Positions 12,579 to 25,259 of a stretch of 64,000 bases of DNA are shown one piece after another. The stretch lies in assembly GCF_006345805.1 (NCBI RefSeq), contig NC_043005.1, positions 54,808,001 through 54,872,000 on the forward strand. Reading direction: 5' to 3'. The position numbers and the translations under genes are program-made. The notes beneath the pieces are model-generated. The model made no database searches, was not told the DNA's origin, and saw only the letters and a list, made by a program, of their open reading frames with translations. Every line of letters begins with the position of its first letter. Within the stretch, counting starts at the first letter, position 1. The DNA comes from Octopus sinensis (taxonomy: Eukaryota).

Positions 12579-12736
12579 CAGTTCTATATTTAAGAGATGA
12601 GGAATTATGTACATTATTTACATTTGACGAATATTCGCTCTCATCTTTATTCGTCTTCAACACAATATTTCGGCTGATATATCCTCCAGCCTTCATCAGG
12701 TGTCATGGGGAATTTCCTGCAAATGTAAATAATGTA
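12579..12736 (-). mobile_element. Short Penelope-type (pLTR-like) insertion with hammerhead, inverted 17-nt tail piece and 14-bp TSD
   Basis: TSD TAGTTGTGGAAGTA (12565-12578) / TAGCTGTGGAAGTA (12735-12748); 12720-12736 is the reverse complement of 12610-12626. Confidence 0.65.
12659..12704 (-). ncRNA. Minimal type I hammerhead ribozyme motif
   Basis: GACAC CUGAUGA A GGCUG-gaggauauau-CAGCC GAA AUAU U GUGUU: 5-bp stem I, 5-bp stem II, palindromic stem III, AUU triplet. Confidence 0.75.
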
Positions 12737-12894
12737 GCTGTGGAAGTATATAAACATTAAGAAGATCCAGCCTCTGTCTTCAAGGTGGAGAAATAGGAGT
12801 ATGTATGTATGTATGTATGTATGTATGTATGTATGTATGTATGTATGTATGTATGTATGTGTGTGTGTGTGTATATATATTATGTATGTATATA

Positions 12895-12968
<74 letters not shown>

Positions 12969-13194
12969 CTTATACGTGTACAATGAGAATTACTTCATCC
13001 GGTGTGTCCTTCTCTTCTAAAATATTAGGGGTTGATTTCAAAGAAATTTGGCTTCTACTTCTAAGTTGAGAGACTAGCCAGAAGTTCTCTTTTTGGCATC
13101 AAATAGACATATTTATACACTTACATATATGATGCATGTATGTATATATACATATATATGTGTGTGTGTGTGTGTATGTATATGTATATATGTA

Positions 13195-13271
<77 letters not shown>

Positions 13272-13274
<3 letters not shown>

Positions 13275-13410
13275 ATTAGAAAGGGCATCCAGCTGTAGAA
13301 ACACTGCCAGATCAGATTGGGGCCTGGTGCAGCCTCCTGGCTTCCCAGACCCCAGTCAAACCGTCCAACCCATGCCAGCATGGAAATGGACGTTAAACGA
13401 CGAAGAGATG
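13272..13410 (+). mobile_element. RTE 3' tail fragment within (TA)n
   Basis: agaaagggcatccagctgtagaaac...ggacgttaaacgacga; (TA)n on both sides. Confidence 0.8.
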
Positions 13411-13435
13411 ATATATATATATATACCTATATATA

Positions 13436-13561
<126 letters not shown>

Positions 13562-14094
13562 TATACATATATATATAAGCATATATATATATGCATACAA
13601 ATAATTTAGGTTAACATAGAGATCAATAAGTATTGATCAGAAAGAATTTTGATAAGGTATAAAAGCAAATGAAAAGTGTTTCCCATAAAGACATTGGGTT
13701 TGAAATTATTTCTCATTAACAATAATTAGATTCTAGGTTATGAAAGTCGAGTCAGTGAAAAAGTTATCAGTTTTGATATTGATGAACATCAGTAATGCAT
13801 ATGCTGATTTGATTGTAAAAGTCGTTTAGCTGGCAAATTTACATGTTAATCTGATATTTCCAGGTGAATAAAGTTTAAAGTTCAATGCTACACATCTGAA
13901 TAATCTCTGCTGGTCAAGATATCTTAAAATATTTACCTCTGAAACATTGTCTTAAGCCACAGAGTTGGCATTTTGACCACGACTAATATTCTAATTTCTG
14001 TTGATGACAATTGTATTAATTAATTGAACTTTTCTTGACAGAGCAGAGATGGTAAATGATAAGAGTCCTTTTCCAACCTTTTAAGTCTCCAAAA

Positions 14095-14148
14095 TGATGA
14101 TGATAATATAATGATGATAATGATAATAATAATAACAATAATAATATG

Positions 14149-14215
<67 letters not shown>

Positions 14216-14651
14216 TGGTGATGATGATAATGATAATCAGAGAAAGGATTATTTCTTGAATTTAGTTTAAAATGATATGAAAATAATATAGACTGATTTA
14301 TTGCCTACATGTTAAGTCAGTGTTAACAGCAGAAAGATTTGGATTTAGCAAGAGTGATTAGAGAATTATGGGAGTGTTGGAGCAAATGTAGTGCCAAAGA
14401 TGTTATTGATGTGCAGTGTGCATAAATCAACGGACCGAGATGCAATGGACAGTGTAACATTGGGTGACAGCGATATAACAGCAAAACTATAAAAATAAAT
14501 TGGCAAAAGAATGCTGCTAGCGAAATATATAACATAACAATTGTGAGATTATAATCATTATTGATATAGGAATACCAATATAAACATATTAATTACATAG
14601 ATTAAGAAGTCATATAGAGTAGAAGTAGTAGTAGTAATGATGATGATAATA

Positions 14652-14691
<40 letters not shown>

Positions 14692-14754
14692 TATAATATA
14701 ATAATAATAATTATAATAATAATAATAATATAATAATAATAATAATAATAATAA

Positions 14755-14794
<40 letters not shown>

Positions 14795-14801
14795 TAATAA
14801 T

Positions 14802-14893
<92 letters not shown>

Positions 14894-14915
14894 TGGTGAT
14901 GATGGTAATGTTATA
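14095..14915. repeat. Two (AAT)n arrays (14095-14240, 14635-14915) sharing the end motif aaaaatggtgatgatg
   Basis: Directly visible. Confidence 0.85.
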
Positions 14916-15339
14916 GATGCATAAATACTTGCTACACTGATGTGATTAAAATGAATATTAAGATATAACGAATGTCATCAACATGTATTAATGAGTTAGA
15001 TGGAGTGATTTAAGAGATATAGATATAGGTTTCTTGTAAGCATCACAACGTTTAGATAATACATATAATATTGTCGGCATAATCACTAAATATTTACACG
15101 GATGCTGTTGGGTTGTTTATTTAGTGGATTTATATTTACACTGTGGCAGTTAGATAGTTGATATTGCATTGTATTTTAGTTCAATTTCTATTGAGAATGA
15201 CATTGTATTTGTCGTACATATATTCTGGAGTTGATTAAATTGCCAGTAATGGCCTTTCTTTATAGATTTTTTAGCCTTCAATCGATGTAAAAAGACAGCA
15301 AAAAAAAAATTTCCCCTTCAATATTTATTACCTTTTTAA

Positions 15340-16140
15340 AGTGGTGAACAGGCAGAAATGTTAGCATGCTGGTTGAAATGCTTTGCGGTATTTCGTCTGG
15401 CAGAAACGTTAGCACAGCCGGGCGAAATGCTTTGCGGTATTTAGTCTGCCGCTACATTCAGAGATCAAATTCCGCTGAGGTTGACTTTGCCTTTCATCCT
15501 TTTGGGGTCGATTAAGTAAGTACCAGTTATGCACTGGGGTCGACATAATCGACTTAATCCGTTTGTCTGTCCTTGTTTGTCCCCTCTGTGTTTAGCCCCT
15601 TGTGGGTAATAAAGAAATAGGTATTTCGTCTGTTTTTGTGTTTAGAGTTCAAATTCCACCAAGGTCGATTTTGCTTTTCATCCTTTCAGGGTTGATGAAT
15701 GAAGTATCAGTTGCATACTGGGGTCGATCTAATCGATTGGTCCCCTCCCCCAAAATTTTGCACTTGGTATTCGTCTGTTTTTTGTGTTTAGATTCAAATT
15801 CCACCAGGTCGATTTTGCTTTTCATCCTTTCAGGGTTGATGAATGAGCATACTGGGGTCGATCTAATCGATTGGTCCCCTCCCCCAAAATTTTGCACTTT
15901 GAGCCTAGAGTATTAAAGAATATTTATTACCTTTTTCCCAAAGCAGCAATATAGCAGTATCATTAGTATGCCAGGCACATTGCTTAGTAGCATTTCATCC
16001 ATCTGCTTGTTCTGATTTCGACTACCAAGTTTGACTTTGCTTTCATCCTTTTGGGGTCTATAAATGCATACCAAGGTTGATGTAAATGACTTAGCCCCCT
16101 CCTTCGAAATTGCTGGCCTTGCACCAAAATTTGAAACTAA
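15340..16140 (+). mobile_element. SINE family B multimer/cluster
   Basis: Repeated gagttcaaattcc...ctttcatcc...gggtcga units; head-to-tail junction GAAATAG|GTATTTCGTCTG at 15620/15621. Confidence 0.85.
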
Positions 16141-16144
16141 TATT

Positions 16145-16370
16145 TCCTTTTATTCTTTTACTTGTTTCAGTCATTTGACTGCGGCCATGCTGGGGCATAG
16201 CCTTGAAAAATTTAGTCAAATGTATCAACCCTAGTACTTCTTTTCTTTCTTTTTAAGAGCCTGGTACTTATTCTATTAGTCTCTTTCACCAAACAGCTCA
16301 GCTACAGGGACATAAACACACCAACACTAGTTGTTGAGTGGTGATGGAAAGACAAACACAGACACAAAAA
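16145..16370 (-). mobile_element. SINE family A 3' half
   Basis: Similarity to other copies. Confidence 0.75.
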
Positions 16371-16469
16371 TACACACACATAGAAAGAGGGAGAAAGAAA
16401 GCGCGAGAGTGAGAGAGTGGAACAGAAAGAGAAAGAAGAGGGGAGAGAGTGGATGAGAGAGAGAACATG

Positions 16470-16522
16470 ACAGAGACAGACAGATAGATAGGTAGATAGA
16501 CAGGCAGATAGATAGATAGATG

Positions 16523-16579
<57 letters not shown>

Positions 16580-16581
16580 GC

Positions 16582-16620
<39 letters not shown>

Positions 16621-16677
16621 GCTGATAGATAGATAGGTAGATAGACAGGCAGATAGATAGATATGGTAGATAGATAT
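16470..16677. repeat. (GATA)n microsatellite, 3' flank of Tx1 copy 2
   Basis: Directly visible. Confidence 0.95.
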
Positions 16678-16854
16678 GTTTCTTTATTAGCCACACAGGG
16701 CTGCACAAGATAGAACAAATTACAAGGTAGAGCTTTTCTTTTGAAGGTTTAAAAAAAAAAAAAATAATAATAAAATAATAAATACAGATAAAATAAATAA
16801 AAAAAGGGGGGGTCGATAAAAGGATCGTAAAGAGAGAAGAGGACAAAAAGGGGG

Positions 16855-16892
<38 letters not shown>

Positions 16893-19800
16893 GGAGAGGA
16901 AAAAAATTGATCAATAGGATCGTTATCACAGAAATGTCAATATGAAGTGTAAAGGGGAGGACAGGTGAGGTTTACCCGTGGAAAGAAAAGCCTACGGAAA
17001 AGACCACGGTAACCTCGGTCACTAGTCCACATGTTATATTTTCTTTTTTTTTTTTTTTTTTTTGCAAATATCAACTCTCTGTATTTCATTTTTTTACGGT
17101 TCATAGAATCATAGTCAGGTGGCTTCGTCATTCATACGTGCCATCCTTGCTACATTCACCCATCTTTTTTTAAACATTCACTAGACAAAACTTGCCTCTC
17201 TACTACTCTCACTTTTTTTCTTCAAGTGATACTTGAAGAAGTTGATGAGAGATTGACCGAGAGGGAAAGTGTTTGTCTCTAATCCTTTTCAGACGCGTCC
17301 ACCAATACATTCTTTCGCCATAGCCCAAGTATGATAAAAATAGCTCTTCCTTCCCGTTTGAAGGAAGGAGGCGTGACGATATTAACGATAGACTCGGCTG
17401 ATAACCGACACGTCCCACACGTGACAGCAGTCGTTCGACATAAGCCCACAGGTGGGAAATTGCTGGACACTGCACGATTGCGTGCAGAGCGGTTCGTCGC
17501 TCTGCCCGCATCTCGGCAGGTCGGCCCCGTGTTTCTCGAGCCATGCCTATAGAGCTTATCCGAACGGTAGCGCTTCTCGGTAGCACCGCCAGGCCAGGGA
17601 TCTCTGGAAGTTGTCCATAGGTCCCTGGGCCGAAAGTCGTTTTGAACAGGCGGGTCAGGTTTCCTCGTTCGACGCCCAATTTTGCCCGAGCTCGTCGTCG
17701 TACCTCCCCTCCACTAATCCCCTATAGAATGCTTTGGTTTGTTGAAGTCACTCAAGGTCGACCCGGGACGGCAGAGTTTGCTTGAGAGCAACGCGACACT
17801 CGCGGTGCCATTCGCCCTTTCTTCGGCCTCTTTTTGATCCACGACTCAGTTCGGTCATGGAGACGAGTTGCGGGAATGCGTGCCTCACAAACGGCGACCA
17901 CACCTGTTCACGTCGTCTACATAGAGCCGGAGATGTCGCAGTCTCAGCGCGTGTCTGCGCATCATCACCACGGCATGCCCAGCCCTCCTTTTAACGGGTG
18001 TTGACAGCAATGGATCGCCTGACCATCGGGACGCATCCTTTCCACAAGAAGCGGAAGAGGATGCGTTCTAGTTTGGTGATGGTAGGGTCGGGACAAGGTA
18101 CGACGGTCAGGCGGTAGTAGATGAGGACGCGATGTACGTTTCACCACCTCCGCCCGACCTTTTAGGGACAGTTTCCCTCGGCCCATTGCTGGGCGAGAGT
18201 GACCACCCTACTCGTTATCTCGTTCCAGTTCTTCTCCATTTGGAGGTCCGGACCGAACCAGACCCCGAGCAACTCAACCGGGCCGTTGTCCAGCGTCCAC
18301 GACGGAGGTACTGGTGGACGGCATGGGCTTGCTTCTCCAGGTGCCGAGCCGCAAGCCCACTGACTTTCCCCGTTGATTTTTGCTCCTGTCACCGCTTCGT
18401 AGTCTTTCAGTGTCTCGCCGACCCGCTCGATGTGCTCGTGGCTTGACACTATGACGGTGACGTCGTCCGCGTATGCAGACACGCTCGTCCCGCATCCTAA
18501 TTCTCGCGGGATGCCCTCAGAGTCGCCAGCTTCCGCAGTAGTGGCTCAAGAGTCAATACGTATAAAGCGCCGAGAGGGGGCATCCCTGACGGACCGAACG
18601 TGCAATGTCGAAGGGTCTCGATAGATGTCCATTTACGCGAATTACCGAACGGATGCCTCTGTACAAGGCAGCTATCCAGCCGCGGAAGACGGGACCGAAA
18701 CCAGCCGCTCTCAGGACTGCCCCCAAGTATCGATGGTCTACCCTATCAAGGCTTTCGATTGATCCAAGTTGATCAGGGCCCCACCCATGCCAGGTTCGTT
18801 AACTACCCTGTCTATGATGTCGCATCAGATGGAGGTTGTCATGGATGCTCCGGCCCCGGCACGGCGCACGTTTGTGCGTTGTCGACCAGTTTCTCCATGA
18901 CAAGCGCCAACCTCTTGGCTAACACCTTTGTCAAAATTTTCAGGTCGCATTGAGCAGAGTGATTGGCCTAAAGTTATCTATAATGTTTCCCTTGTTTGGA
19001 TCTTTCTTCAGCAGAGTTACAGCTCCTCGACTCACAAAACCGGTATGCTCCGTTTTGCTGCCAGTTGCAGTATACCGCTGCCAAGACGTCTCCAAACAAG
19101 TCTGGCATACAATTAAAATCGTAGGGTAGACCATCCAAACCCGGTGATTTGTCCCTCGAGCATTCTGCCATCGCTTCCGCACTTCCGCGCCGTGATGGCA
19201 CCTTCGCAGCACCCTGCCTTTCTTGTCGAGAGTGGAGGTCGTTGCAGCTATGTAGGTAGGCACTGAAGTCTACCCTACGTTCTTGCCCTCCACTCGTCCC
19301 GAACAGTCGGGCAAAATGCTGCTGAAAGGCCTCACACATTTTACTTGGCCCGAGCAATTCGCGCCCCTGTTCATCTACCAGTGACCGAATGGTGGCTTTG
19401 TTGGCCCTGTTGCGCCTCTGCCACCCGGGCCTCTCTCGCGGCTCCAACACCTTCGTTCCTTAGAGCACGCATCCTAGCTCTGACAGCACATCCTTCGTGT
19501 TTGGCGTTGAAGTGTTGGTTCGAGGGCCAACCTCGCCGCCAAACGTCGGATGCGATGCCGCTTCTAATTGCCTCTTCTAGCTTCTTAACTAGCTCACCTC
19601 TCTCTATTTCTATCTATGGCTAGTGCTTTGCTGTACCTATCGCTTCTGCTTTTACTGCTCTCTTGAGGGCAACCACCATTTTTTGTTGATGATGGCTCCC
19701 GTCAAAGCCCTCTTTACTAGTGTGCTAATCCGGTCCTGAAAACTTGTCTGGACGGGAATGATGCGTTCAGTTTCCAGTACCCAGGACCCTGTCTATGTGC
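16678..19800 (-). mobile_element. Tx1/L1-clade LINE copy 2, ~3.1 kb, truncated just after the APE domain; frameshifted RT + zf-RVT
   Basis: GPGYWKLNAS at the 5' end; SPGLDGLP; NFRPITLLN; LDQSKAFDRV; VRQGCPLS; SAYADDVT (YADD 18462-18473); LLGVWFG; 3' end AATAAAGAAAC|ATATCTATC. Confidence 0.95.
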
Positions 19801-19801
19801 C

Positions 19802-19894
<93 letters not shown>

Positions 19895-19980
19895 TGATAG
19901 ATAGGAAGGTAGGTTGGTAAGTAGGTAGGTAGATGGACAGATGGATAGACAGACAGACAGACAGATAGACAGATAAATAG
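19801..19980. repeat. (GATA)n/(GACA)n microsatellite, 5' flank of Tx1 copy 2
   Basis: Directly visible. Confidence 0.95.
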
Positions 19981-20415
19981 GTTTACAGAGGAAAAGAGAG
20001 AGAGAGAGAATTGATGTATAAACATCAAAGAATAAATCATCGTAATTAAGAGCTCAATTAATTGCAGGTCGTTAAACTCCAGCAGATTATTACATTGCAT
20101 TAAATCCAAGTGGAACTGACTTGTATGTACATACATAATCAGCAAAACCAATCTTTAAGAGCAATACACTTAACATAACTAGCAATGGTTTTCTGATTAA
20201 CATAACATAGCATTCCTGATGATTTGAGTAAATACGGCTTTTAAATAAATTTAATTTCATTTTAAATGAATTAATTATGTATCACACTTAAGTAATTACA
20301 CATTTGGTGATGTTTATCTTAATGAAACAGCTGTTGAGCACAAAGTATGAATTATATGTGAAATTTATGCTTTTTTTGTTTGATGCTCTATGCATGTATC
20401 TATATATATATATAT

Positions 20416-21150
20416 CATCATCATCATCATCATCATCGTTTAGCGTCCGTTTTCCATGCTAGCATGGGTTGGACGGTTCAACTGGGGTCTGGGAAGCCAA
20501 AAGGCTGCACCAGGCCCAGTCTGATCTAGCAATGTTTCTATGGCTGGATGCCCTTCCTAATGCCAACCACTCCATGAGTGTAGTGGGTGCTTTTTACGTG
20601 CCACTGGCACAGGTGCCAGACGAGGCTGGAAAACGGTCCACGATCGGATGGTGCCTTTTACATGCCACCGGCACGGGGGCCAGGGGAGGCTGGCAATGGC
20701 TACGAACGGATGGTGCTTTTTACGTGACACCGGCACGAGGCCAGTCGGGGCGGCGCTGGCAACGACCACATTCGGATGGTTCTCTTACATGCCACCGGCA
20801 CTGGTATCTCAGCTGCAACTTCCATTGATCGATTTTGATTTTGATTTTGATTTTCACTTGCCTCAACAGGTCTTCACAAGTAGAGTTTTGTGTCCCAAGA
20901 AGGAAAGGTATGCATAAGTGGACTGGCTACATCCCTTGTAGAGGCAACGGGTTATGGTCTCACTTGTCCTGCCGGGTCTTCTCACACACAGCATACTTCC
21001 AGAGGTCTCGCTCTCTAGTCATTTCCTCAGTGAGACCTAAAGTTCGAAGGTCGTGCTTCACCACCTCGTCCCAGGTTTTCCTGGGTCTGCCTCTTCCACA
21101 GGTTCCCTCAACCGCTAGGGTGTGGCACTTTTTCACACAACTATCTTCAT
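20416..21150 (-). mobile_element. RTE-clade LINE 3' fragment (same family as 7507-8667)
   Basis: SCVKKCHTLAVEGTCGRGRPRKTWDEVVKHDLRTLGLTE...; (GAT)n tail abutting (TA)n. Confidence 0.9.
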
Positions 21151-21459
21151 GCTAATACAATAGCATGAATAGGATAAACTATCCATATAATGCAGAAAAA
21201 TCATTACTATTGTATTAACATTATCATGTGTTTGAGAATAAATTATTTCTGTATCTTTATATCTCAATGTAAATACATCTCAACATCTCAATGCTTCTAA
21301 AGCAAACTTTGTTTACTTTCATTGTAAATTGAATAAATAAATATGTGTGTGTGTATGCATGTATGTATGAATATATATATATATTATATATATATATATA
21401 TATGCATGTTTGCATGTATATGAGTGTGTGTGTATGAATATATATATTATATATATATA

Positions 21460-22457
21460 TATATACATAAATGGCTATTTCTGTCTGTTTTTGGCTGTGT
21501 GTGTATTTGTGAATTTGTTACTTTAATTCCTCCAAGACTACCCAACCAATCTTGATGAAACTTGACATGTGTGGGGGGGGGGGCTTATGCCCATGCAGTC
21601 AAACACTTAGAATTTCAAAAAATTGATCATATATAACCAGCATCGATTTTTCAAAAATCAGTAGGACATTTCAATGCAAATTCTCATATGAATGTTATTT
21701 TCTGCCATAACTTTCAACGTTTTCAACTAATTTTCTTGAAATCTTATACACAGATGGAATATGGACTGAAGATGGGTTAAGGTAAATAATTTTTTCCTAG
21801 GCCGCTCAAGTGAAGCGTAAGAGGATTTTTGATTAACTGATTAACGAAATTCAGCCTAAATTGTTGTGGGTTAAAATGTTCATCAATTATGTATTTTTTT
21901 TAACACCTGCACTTAAAATTGTCAGGTCTAACCATTGCAATCGATATTTGATTCTCACGATCAGTGGAACTATACCCATGAAACAGAGTCATCAAATTAA
22001 GTGCATGTACACTTAAAATTTTCTCTCAGGTTGCAAGAGAATTTGCCCCAAAATAACAAAAATCGTAATTTTTGTATGCTTTTTTCTCCTCCTCCTCATA
22101 GTATCTTACGACTCTTTTGACCACCACGTTGCCATCTCTGCACTCCAGCAATTTTTGTAAGCATAAAATCTCTTTTCTCTAAATGATTTTTTTGTTTACT
22201 TTTCAAACAGTTATGCTTATTTTTTTATCATACAATTCCCTTCTTGGTGTTTCCATTGAATATATAATTGCAGAACGATTGTCATTTTCTGTTTCCACAT
22301 GTATTTATTTGTATTATTGTTTCATGAATGAATTTGCTTACACCTTCTATTACCTGTGTTATGTCTTGATTTCATTTTTTGTCTGAGAAAAATTAGGCAT
22401 TGTAATGGGTACTGGGAATATCCCCGCTCCTGGGTATTACCGAGTACCTCAGCAAGT
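21460..22457 (+). mobile_element. Non-autonomous Helitron/Helentron-like element
   Basis: Starts in (TA)n; ccaatcttgatgaaacttg motif typical of such elements; 3' stem GGTACT/AGTACC followed by CAAGT (CTAGT-like). Confidence 0.45.
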
Positions 22458-22502
22458 ATAATATATATATATATATACCCATATATATATATATATATAT
22501 AT

Positions 22503-22747
22503 ATAAATTAGAGAGAAACCGGTATTATATAATTCAAACAATGATAAATATAAATCATACCATATAGAAAAAATAAAATATATAAAACATTTACCTAGAT
22601 CACAATAAAGTACATAATAATAATAAAACTATATATTAATAAATAGAACTATGTATATTTCTTGACTATATTTTCAATTCGAATACAATTCATTTAAATT
22701 TAATTCAATCCAAAAACATCAATTTAAAAGTATAATAGTGGTTTTTC

Positions 22748-22755
<8 letters not shown>
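22503..22755. mobile_element. ~250 bp AT-rich element with imperfect ~25-bp TIRs embedded in (TA)n
   Basis: ATAAATTAGAGAGAAACCGGTATTATA versus reverse complement of the right end ATAAATAAGAAAAACCACTATTATA. Confidence 0.55.
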
Positions 22756-22804
<49 letters not shown>

Positions 22805-22806
<2 letters not shown>

Positions 22807-25259
22807 TAAGAAGTTTGTTTGGTAAAGCACGTGGGTGAATATATAAGAAAATAGTAAAGTGTGAAAAAACGACAGAAGGCTTAAATGTTAAAAATATATA
22901 TATTTGTGTCAAAAATGTCTGGAGAATATTGAAAAATTTTTTTTCCTTTCCTTAAAATGACATAATTTTAAAATTTTAAAGAATTACCGGTTTCGCGTGT
23001 AGCTTTTCAAATTTCTTGTGACGTTATGTTTATATTGCATGGAATTATCGTTGTTTTTATTTCCAGGAGATTTCTAAATAAGGGGAGGTATGAGTGATTT
23101 TTTCCGGTGTAGGGGAGATAATCGCTTAAAAAATTTTTTTTCCATTTTCCTTGTTAATTTCTCTCTGTCAGTATGTTCGGATGGTTGAGTCTGGGTTTGT
23201 ACTTTTCAATGAAGAATGTTTCCTTGTTCAGTCTCATTTGTGTTTGATGATCCGAAAGCACATTGGTAAAATGGGAAGATTAAAAATTGTGGCAGTAGTT
23301 GCTTTGCGCATTTCTCAATGTGCTCACTAAAAGGTATCATTCTATATTCTGGGAATGCAATCTGTTGTCGATGCAGTGTGCATCTCTGCGCCTGAGTGAT
23401 AGTCCCGTGGAACCCACGTAGTCTTGGTGGCAGCCCGAGCATTTAATAACATAAATTGTTTTCAGAGGCACAAGTAAAGTTAGATTTGATCTTAATTTCT
23501 GTCCCTCTTTAAAGAAGAATTCTGATCCTTCCAATAGGTTAGGACATGTTGCACAGTTCGATCTACCACATTTTTTTACTTTTGCATCCGTAATTTTAGA
23601 AGACAATTTTGCCTTTGTGAGAATCTTTTTAAGTGATTTAGGCTGTTTGTAGCTTTTAATGATTTGGTGTATGTTTAGAATTTCCTTTATTTTGGGTTTT
23701 TATGAAGTATTGGTAAATTCTGGGTGATGATGGTGAAGGCTTCTTTGTTTCTGGGGTTGTATGTAGATATGTAAGGTAGTATTTTCGGGGAAGGTGTGTT
23801 GTTGTGTTGAACTTTTCTTAAAGTTTCTATGTTGATTTCTGTTGCACGTCTGATCCCATCCTCTATGAGTTGAGCTGGGTAATGTCTGTCAATTAGGGTG
23901 TTTTTGAGTTCTTGCAGTCTAAAGTTCCTGGTATTTTGTTCTGACACTATTGTGCATATCCTTCTTGCAAGGTTGAAGGGGATGTTTGTTTTAGTGTGTC
24001 TTGGGTGGCATGAATTAAAAAGAAGGTATTGTTTGGCGTCTGTGGCTTTGTAAAAAATGTCTGTTTCTATTTTAAGGTTAATTTTTTTAATTAGTATATC
24101 CAAGAACGGGAGCTCCTTTTGGTTGTATTCCATTGTGAACTGTATATTTGGGTTTATGCTGTTCAATAGGTTTTTAAATTTTAGGAGTTTATCTATGTTT
24201 TTCATTCCAGAGAATGAAACAATCGTCTAGGAATCGTTTCCAATTCTCTTTTATGTATTGAGAGAGGGAGTTTCCAAAGATTGATAGAGATTCCTGGTAA
24301 ATGATTATTTCCATGTATCCCATTGTTAAGTTCGCAATGACTGGTGCTGCCCTTGTACCCATAGCAATTCCGGATTTTTGACGGTAAAATGTATTGTCAA
24401 ACATGAAGTGGTTATTGTGTAGGATGAATTCAATTGATTTAGTAATGAATTCTTACTGATCCTTTTTGGTATTTCTTTTCTTCGGAAATTGGTCTAACCA
24501 GAATTGTATTGCCTCCAGTCCATAATTATGAGGTATACTGGTATACAGGTTGACTACATCAAATGAAACCAGGATTGTTTCTTCCTTGTTTTTTTTTTGG
24601 GAGGTGGTTTAACATATCTAAGTCATCTCTGATATGGCTATCGATATGTTTAAGGAAGGGTTTCAAGAGGATGTCCATAAGTAGACTTAGTCTGTGTGTT
24701 TCACAGGTTGGGCCAGCTACAATGGGTCGTAGTTTTAGGTCCCCCGGATTAGGTGTGTGTATGTATGTCTTTGGTGATTTTTTAATGGTTTCATTTATAA
24801 TTTGACTTTTATGAATTTTTGGCAGACCATAGAAAAGGCTAGGTTTGCATTTAAAGTTTGTTAGGAAATCAATCTCTTTGGTTGTCAGTTCCTTTTCATG
24901 GGTTTTAATTAGTGAAGATAGAGTTTTCATTATTTTTGTGGGGTGTAGTTGGTAATTTTTTCATAATGTAGGTCTTCATCAAGCAAGGAAATTACAAGAT
25001 TTCTGTAGTATGATGTATCCTTATTACAACTGCTTTCCCTTGTCCGCTTCCTTAATGGTTATATCTTCATCATTTTGGAGTCTATCAGTTCTTTCCATTG
25101 TGTTTTGTTAAAATTTGGGTTAGCTTTCTGTTTATGTATAGTATGGTAGGGGAAGTTCTCAATGTGGTTACAGATTCGTCAAGATCTTTATTTAACCTCT
25201 GTGGGATGTGTTCACTTTTGTTCTTGACAGTGATTCATCTTCAGTATTGAAACGTTTGA
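22805..25259 (-). mobile_element. Penelope-like element (Neptune-type), left arm of palindrome; RT + Zn-finger linker + GIY-YIG, frameshifted
   Basis: FYGLPKIHK, LRPIVAG, GIAMGTRAAPVIANL, WKRFLDDCFILW, LPFLDILI, SCHPRHTK, CGRSNCATCP, IYVIKCSGCHQDYVGST; stop at ~23156. Confidence 0.95.
22979..23017 (-). ncRNA. Minimal type I hammerhead ribozyme (U3-A8 variant) in the Penelope 3' region
   Basis: AAGAAAU UUGAAAA GC-uacac-GC GAA ACCGGU A AUUCUU; palindromic stem III ACCGGU; GUA triplet. Confidence 0.65.

Noticed and set aside
14042-14051. Plus-strand 10-nt microexon candidate (cttttcttgacAG|AGCAGAGATG|GTAAAT)
   Set aside because: Not frame-preserving, and such motifs arise by chance in 64 kb of AT-rich DNA; worth revisiting only if the plus-strand gene is confirmed.
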